In this document: piece by piece, positions 60,237 through 64,000 of the stretch | How the letters are laid out: the number at the start of each line of letters is the position of its first letter | Numbering within the stretch: position 1 is the first letter of the stretch | DNA from: an uncultured Hungatella sp. | GTDB lineage: Bacteria; Bacillota; Clostridia; Lachnospirales; Lachnospiraceae | Direction: 5' to 3' | NCBI GenBank assembly: GCA_910579515.1 | Contig: CAJTUV010000009.1 | Span: 29,837-93,836, forward strand | Length of the DNA stretch: 64,000 nucleotides | The notes under the pieces: model-generated | Told to the model about the DNA's origin: nothing | The model's input: only the letters and a program-made list of their open reading frames with translations | Database searches by the model: none | Position numbers and translations under genes: made by a program

Positions 60237-61040
60237 ATGGATAACAAGACGAATTTTTCTCTGGAAGGAAAAGTTGCACTGGTGACAGGCGCTTCCTATG
60301 GCATTGGTTTTGCTATTGCAAAGGCGATGGCAGGAGCAGGAGCAACTATCGTATTCAATGACATTAAACAGGAATTGGTGGACAAGGGGATCGCTGCATA
60401 CAAAGAGGAAGGCATTACTGCTTACGGGTATGTATGTGACGTAACCGACGAGGACGGCGTGACCGCCATGGTGGCAAAGATTGAAGAAGAAGTAGGAGTG
60501 ATTGACATTCTTGTGAATAATGCAGGAATTATCAAGAGGATTCCTATGATTGAAATGGCTGCAAAGGATTTCAGACAGGTGATTGATGTGGATTTGAATG
60601 CGCCGTTTATTGTTTCCAAGGCCGTAATTCCGAGCATGATCAAGAAGGGACATGGAAAGATTATCAACATCTGCTCTATGATGTCTGAATTTGGCCGTGA
60701 GACTGTGTCTGCCTATGCAGCGGCAAAGGGCGGCTTAAAGATGCTGACCAGAAATATTGCATCAGAATATGGCGAGTACAATATTCAGTGCAACGGCATT
60801 GGACCCGGCTATATCGCCACTCCTCAGACGGCTCCTCTTCGTGAGAAACAGCCAGATGGCTCCAGACATCCATTTGACCAGTTTATTGTGTCCAAGACTC
60901 CTGCAGGACGGTGGGGTGAGGCCTCTGATTTAGGCGGACCAGCTGTTTTCCTGGCTTCTGACGCTTCTGACTTTGTTAATGGACAGATTCTGTATGTGGA
61001 TGGAGGCATTCAGGCTTACATCGGTAAGCAGCCTTCATAA
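60237..61040 (+). CDS. Gluconate 5-dehydrogenase / KduD-like SDR
   Basis: TGASYGIG, NNAGII, NICSMMS and YAAAK. Confidence 0.9.
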   Translation: MDNKTNFSLEGKVALVTGASYGIGFAIAKAMAGAGATIVFNDIKQELVDKGIAAYKEEGITAYGYVCDVTDEDGVTAMVAKIEEEVGVIDILVNNAGIIKRIPMIEMAAKDFRQVIDVDLNAPFIVSKAVIPSMIKKGHGKIINICSMMSEFGRETVSAYAAAKGGLKMLTRNIASEYGEYNIQCNGIGPGYIATPQTAPLREKQPDGSRHPFDQFIVSKTPAGRWGEASDLGGPAVFLASDASDFVNGQILYVDGGIQAYIGKQPS

Positions 61041-61146
61041 GTCAATATCGCCTAAAAATAAGTCAATCGCTGCCCTGTTTTCTGTCTCAAATTTAAGGTA
61101 GAATAATACTCGTAACAAGGAAATAAAAAAGAAAAGGAGAATTGTT

Positions 61147-61290
61147 ATGAGTATTATTACATTAAAAAGAAACATCGAAAAGTATTTTGAAAAGCACGGG
61201 GCGGAGATTATTTGCAGCCTTGCCGCATTAAATGGGAATTCCAGTGCTTTTGAAAGCTACCTGGAAGACTATCTGCTGTATAGAGAGTAA
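61147..61290 (+). CDS. Small hypothetical protein (47 aa), not in the ORF track
   Basis: AAGGAG RBS; MSIITLKRNIEKYFEKHGAEIICSLAALNGNSSAFESYLEDYLLYRE. Confidence 0.6.
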   Translation: MSIITLKRNIEKYFEKHGAEIICSLAALNGNSSAFESYLEDYLLYRE

Positions 61291-61464
61291 GATAGTATGG
61301 ACGGGAAAGAACAAAAGAAGTTTAGAAGAACAAACAGAATAAGACAAAGGGTTCAAAATGTGTAAAGATAATTTTTGCATTTTGGGCCCTTTTGTTTTAT
61401 AATTTTTAGGTTGTCGGAAGCACAAAAAGCGTATATAATTAGGAAAAACAGGAGAATTAGTCAA

Positions 61465-62049
61465 ATGGATGAGTCTGTAGACACAAAAAAGAAAGGGCGT
61501 CTTTTCCGGCTGTGGGTGATTTTTTTAATCATGGCTAAGATTGGATGTTTTACCTTTGGCGGAGGATGGAGCATCATTGGGCAGATGCAGAATGAGTTTG
61601 TAGAGAAAAGGAAATGGATGACAGAGGAACAGATTGTGGACTTTCTGTCTTTGGCAAAATCATTTCCGGGAGTTATGATTATCAATATGTCAGTGCTCTG
61701 CGGCTATATGATGGAAGGGCCTATGGGAGCTTTGGCGGCAGCTTTCGGGCTGTCGGCTCCGGCAATTTTGGCCATTGCAGTGGTGGCTTATTTTTATGGC
61801 TCCTTAAAGAACAATGTGTATGTGGCCAAGGTGTTAAACGGCGTCCGCTGTGTGGTGATTCCCATTATTCTGAACGCTTCCTGGAAGCTGAAGAGTAAGT
61901 CTCTTGTCTTTAGGATTTCTTATGTTCTTTTTGCAGTTTCTTTTTTGATCTGTGCCTTTACAAACGTAAGTAAGCCGCTGGTTATCGTACTGGGAGCACT
62001 TCTGGGACTGGTGATATGGAGAGGGGTGAATGAGGATGCTGCTGCTTAG
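61465..62049 (+). CDS. Chromate transporter (short-chain CHR, subunit 1)
   Basis: KIGCFTFGGG; KSFPG. Confidence 0.88.
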   Translation: MDESVDTKKKGRLFRLWVIFLIMAKIGCFTFGGGWSIIGQMQNEFVEKRKWMTEEQIVDFLSLAKSFPGVMIINMSVLCGYMMEGPMGALAAAFGLSAPAILAIAVVAYFYGSLKNNVYVAKVLNGVRCVVIPIILNASWKLKSKSLVFRISYVLFAVSFLICAFTNVSKPLVIVLGALLGLVIWRGVNEDAAA

Positions 62050-62563
62050 ATTGTTTCTGTCTTTTATGAAAATCGGGTTTTTCAGTTTCGGCGGCCTGAC
62101 CATGATTCCGGTTATCAATGACGAAGTTTTAGCATATGGATGGATGACTGCAGACGAGGTTATGGATATTGTGGCAGTAGCGGAGATGACGCCCGGGTCT
62201 CTGGGAATCAACTGCGCTACATTTGTGGGACTTCGGACCGCAGGGGTACTGGGAGCGATCTTTGCCTCAGTAGGCGTTATGACGCCTTCGCTGACGCTTT
62301 GTATGCTTGCCGCTCATTTTATTTTGAAGTTAAAGGGAAATCAAGTCATGGAACATGCCATGAACGGGGTCCGGCCTGTGAGCATGGGAATGCTGCTGGC
62401 TGTGGCTGTGACCTTGAGCCAAACCACGTTTTTTACAGGAGCTGGGGTACAGTGGAATCTGATTTTCATTGCCGCTGTCTGCGGAATTTTGATGTTTAAG
62501 ACTAAGATCACCATTCCCCAAACCATCCTTTTGGCTGCGGTTCTGGGGCTTATCATTGGGTAG
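62030..62563 (+). CDS. Chromate transporter (short-chain CHR, subunit 2)
   Basis: KIGFFSFGG and EMTPG..INCATFVG. Confidence 0.88.
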   Translation: MRMLLLRLFLSFMKIGFFSFGGLTMIPVINDEVLAYGWMTADEVMDIVAVAEMTPGSLGINCATFVGLRTAGVLGAIFASVGVMTPSLTLCMLAAHFILKLKGNQVMEHAMNGVRPVSMGMLLAVAVTLSQTTFFTGAGVQWNLIFIAAVCGILMFKTKITIPQTILLAAVLGLIIG

Positions 62564-62564
62564 C

Positions 62565-63503
62565 TTAAAGTTCGTTGTCTGTCTGGAGAAATTCCCGAAT
62601 GCAGCGAATGAACAGTTGGTCTGCTTTGGAGAGGAAGGAACCTCTTAGGGTTGCGATACACATATCCCAATAGGCCGCATATTTTTCATGAATTGACAAC
62701 AGGGCAGGGGAGCTTTGGCGGACGGTCAGCCTGGAATATTGGAGAGGGACCATGGTGATTCCCAAACCTTGACCGGCCAGAAGCTGAGCGGTAGTATAGT
62801 TTTTTAAAGTGATAAAGGTTTGAACATGGGTGACGCCTGCACATTTTAAAATTGCGTCGGTGACCTGACGGATTCTCTGCTTCCTGCTTAACATAATCAT
62901 AGGTTGATTTTCTAAAAGGCGAACCTCAAGGACAGGATAGGGATAGCCTTCTTTTTTTTCTGCCTGACAAACCAGAGGATTGTCCTGGGACATGATAATG
63001 ACGAACGGATCTCTCTGGAGAATATCATACTCAATGGTGGGATGTTCCACCTCTTTTGGGGCGTGAATTACCAGAAAATCCAGGGCTCCTGACAAAAGCT
63101 GTCTTTCCAGGGCCATGGTATTATCCTCCCACACTTCCACCTCTACAAAGGGATAAAGGTCGTGAAACTGTTTTAAGGTTTGTGGAAGCGTAAGGGCGCC
63201 CAGATGATTGGTGATGCCTAGGCGGATTTTTCCTGTTTTTAAATTGTTGATGTCGCTGATTTCAATTTCAAAGTTTTCATAGATTTTCAGCACCTGGGAG
63301 GCCATGTGATAGTACCGTTCTCCGGCGTAGGTTAGAGTAAGACCGGAAGAAGCTCGGTGAAATAAGGCGACACCAAGCTGCTCCTCCAGCTTTTGGAGAG
63401 ACTGGCTTAGGGAAGGCTGTGCAATGTAGAGCCTTTTAGCGGCTTTGGAGATGCTTTTTTCCTCGGCTATAGTTTTTACATAGAGAAGTTCTCGAGTAGT
63501 CAT
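62565..63503 (-). CDS. LysR-family transcriptional regulator
   Basis: SISKAAKRLYIAQPSLSQ HTH; LTYAG. Confidence 0.93.
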   Translation of the reverse strand: MTTRELLYVKTIAEEKSISKAAKRLYIAQPSLSQSLQKLEEQLGVALFHRASSGLTLTYAGERYYHMASQVLKIYENFEIEISDINNLKTGKIRLGITNHLGALTLPQTLKQFHDLYPFVEVEVWEDNTMALERQLLSGALDFLVIHAPKEVEHPTIEYDILQRDPFVIIMSQDNPLVCQAEKKEGYPYPVLEVRLLENQPMIMLSRKQRIRQVTDAILKCAGVTHVQTFITLKNYTTAQLLAGQGLGITMVPLQYSRLTVRQSSPALLSIHEKYAAYWDMCIATLRGSFLSKADQLFIRCIREFLQTDNEL

Positions 63504-63542
63504 GTTAAGGCTCCTTTGAATTATGGTCAGCACAATCCTCTA

Positions 63543-63559
63543 TATAGGAAAAACCTATA
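63543..63559. promoter_or_regulatory. LysR-type T-N11-A inverted-repeat site in the divergent promoter
   Basis: TATAGG-AAAAA-CCTATA. Confidence 0.6.
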
Positions 63560-63661
63560 GGGGATATTAGGTATATAATATTTCACTATATCCTACCATG
63601 ATGCTATACTAAAGTCAACAAAGTTACAGTCAGGAGAAAAATAATAAGCGGAGGTTTTTTC

Positions 63662-64000
63662 ATGGTGAAGCTGTATGACGGCGGGGTGTATCTGGTAAAC
63701 GGAGAGGAGATTGTGCCAGAAAAGGACGAGGCTAAGGTAAAGGCTTTGACGGGCAGAGTTGTTTCCAGGGAGGAAGCGAGAAAGGGGACGATTGCTTACA
63801 ATATTATCAAGGACCACAATACCACAGAGGATATGGAACATTTGAGGCTGAAATTTGACGCCCTGACTTCTCATGATATTACGTATGTGGGAATTATTCA
63901 GACGGCCAAGGCGTCTGGCATGGAAGAGTTTCCGCTTCCTTATGTGCTGACTAACTGCCATAATTCTTTATGCGCGGTAGGAGGTACGATCAATGAGGAT
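63662..64000 (+). CDS. Aconitase-family hydratase (YbhJ-like), 3'-partial
   Basis: Translated by hand: [11 protein letters not shown]...[13 protein letters not shown]...[26 protein letters not shown]. Confidence 0.85.
   Translation, partial: MVKLYDGGVYLVNGEEIVPEKDEAKVKALTGRVVSREEARKGTIAYNIIKDHNTTEDMEHLRLKFDALTSHDITYVGIIQTAKASGMEEFPLPYVLTNCHNSLCAVGGTINED

Overview
A chromosomal window from a spore-forming, low-to-mid-GC Clostridia bacterium (Lachnospiraceae-like; inferred from gene content and order). It is mostly housekeeping synteny blocks: ispF-cysS-mrnC-rlmB, yggS-sepF-aroB-lspA-rluD-sdaAB-sdaAA, glmS, ilvN-ilvC, plsX-acpP-rnc-smc-ftsY-ilvA and greA-lysS, plus one tRNA-Thr(GGT). I see no transposase, integrase, prophage, rRNA or CRISPR array. 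The most notable items are: (1) a PHP phosphoesterase / two-component / carbohydrate-type ABC / MBL-hydrolase locus with a multi-hairpin leader, whose solute-binding lipoprotein gene carries one in-frame TAG; (2) a bactofilin-NlpC/P60 operon divergent from a SleB-like hydrolase, with a perfect WalR box between them; (3) a lipoprotein FAD reductase with two flavinylation motifs and a UrdA-type Met at the specificity position; (4) two long rod-like palindromic elements at 16.4-16.9 kb; (5) two low-complexity proteins preceded by sigmaK-like promoters; (6) a scar of bglA, bglG and pilin-cluster fragments; (7) a 47-aa ORF missing from the ORF track. All product calls come from recognising motifs by eye; no database searches were run.
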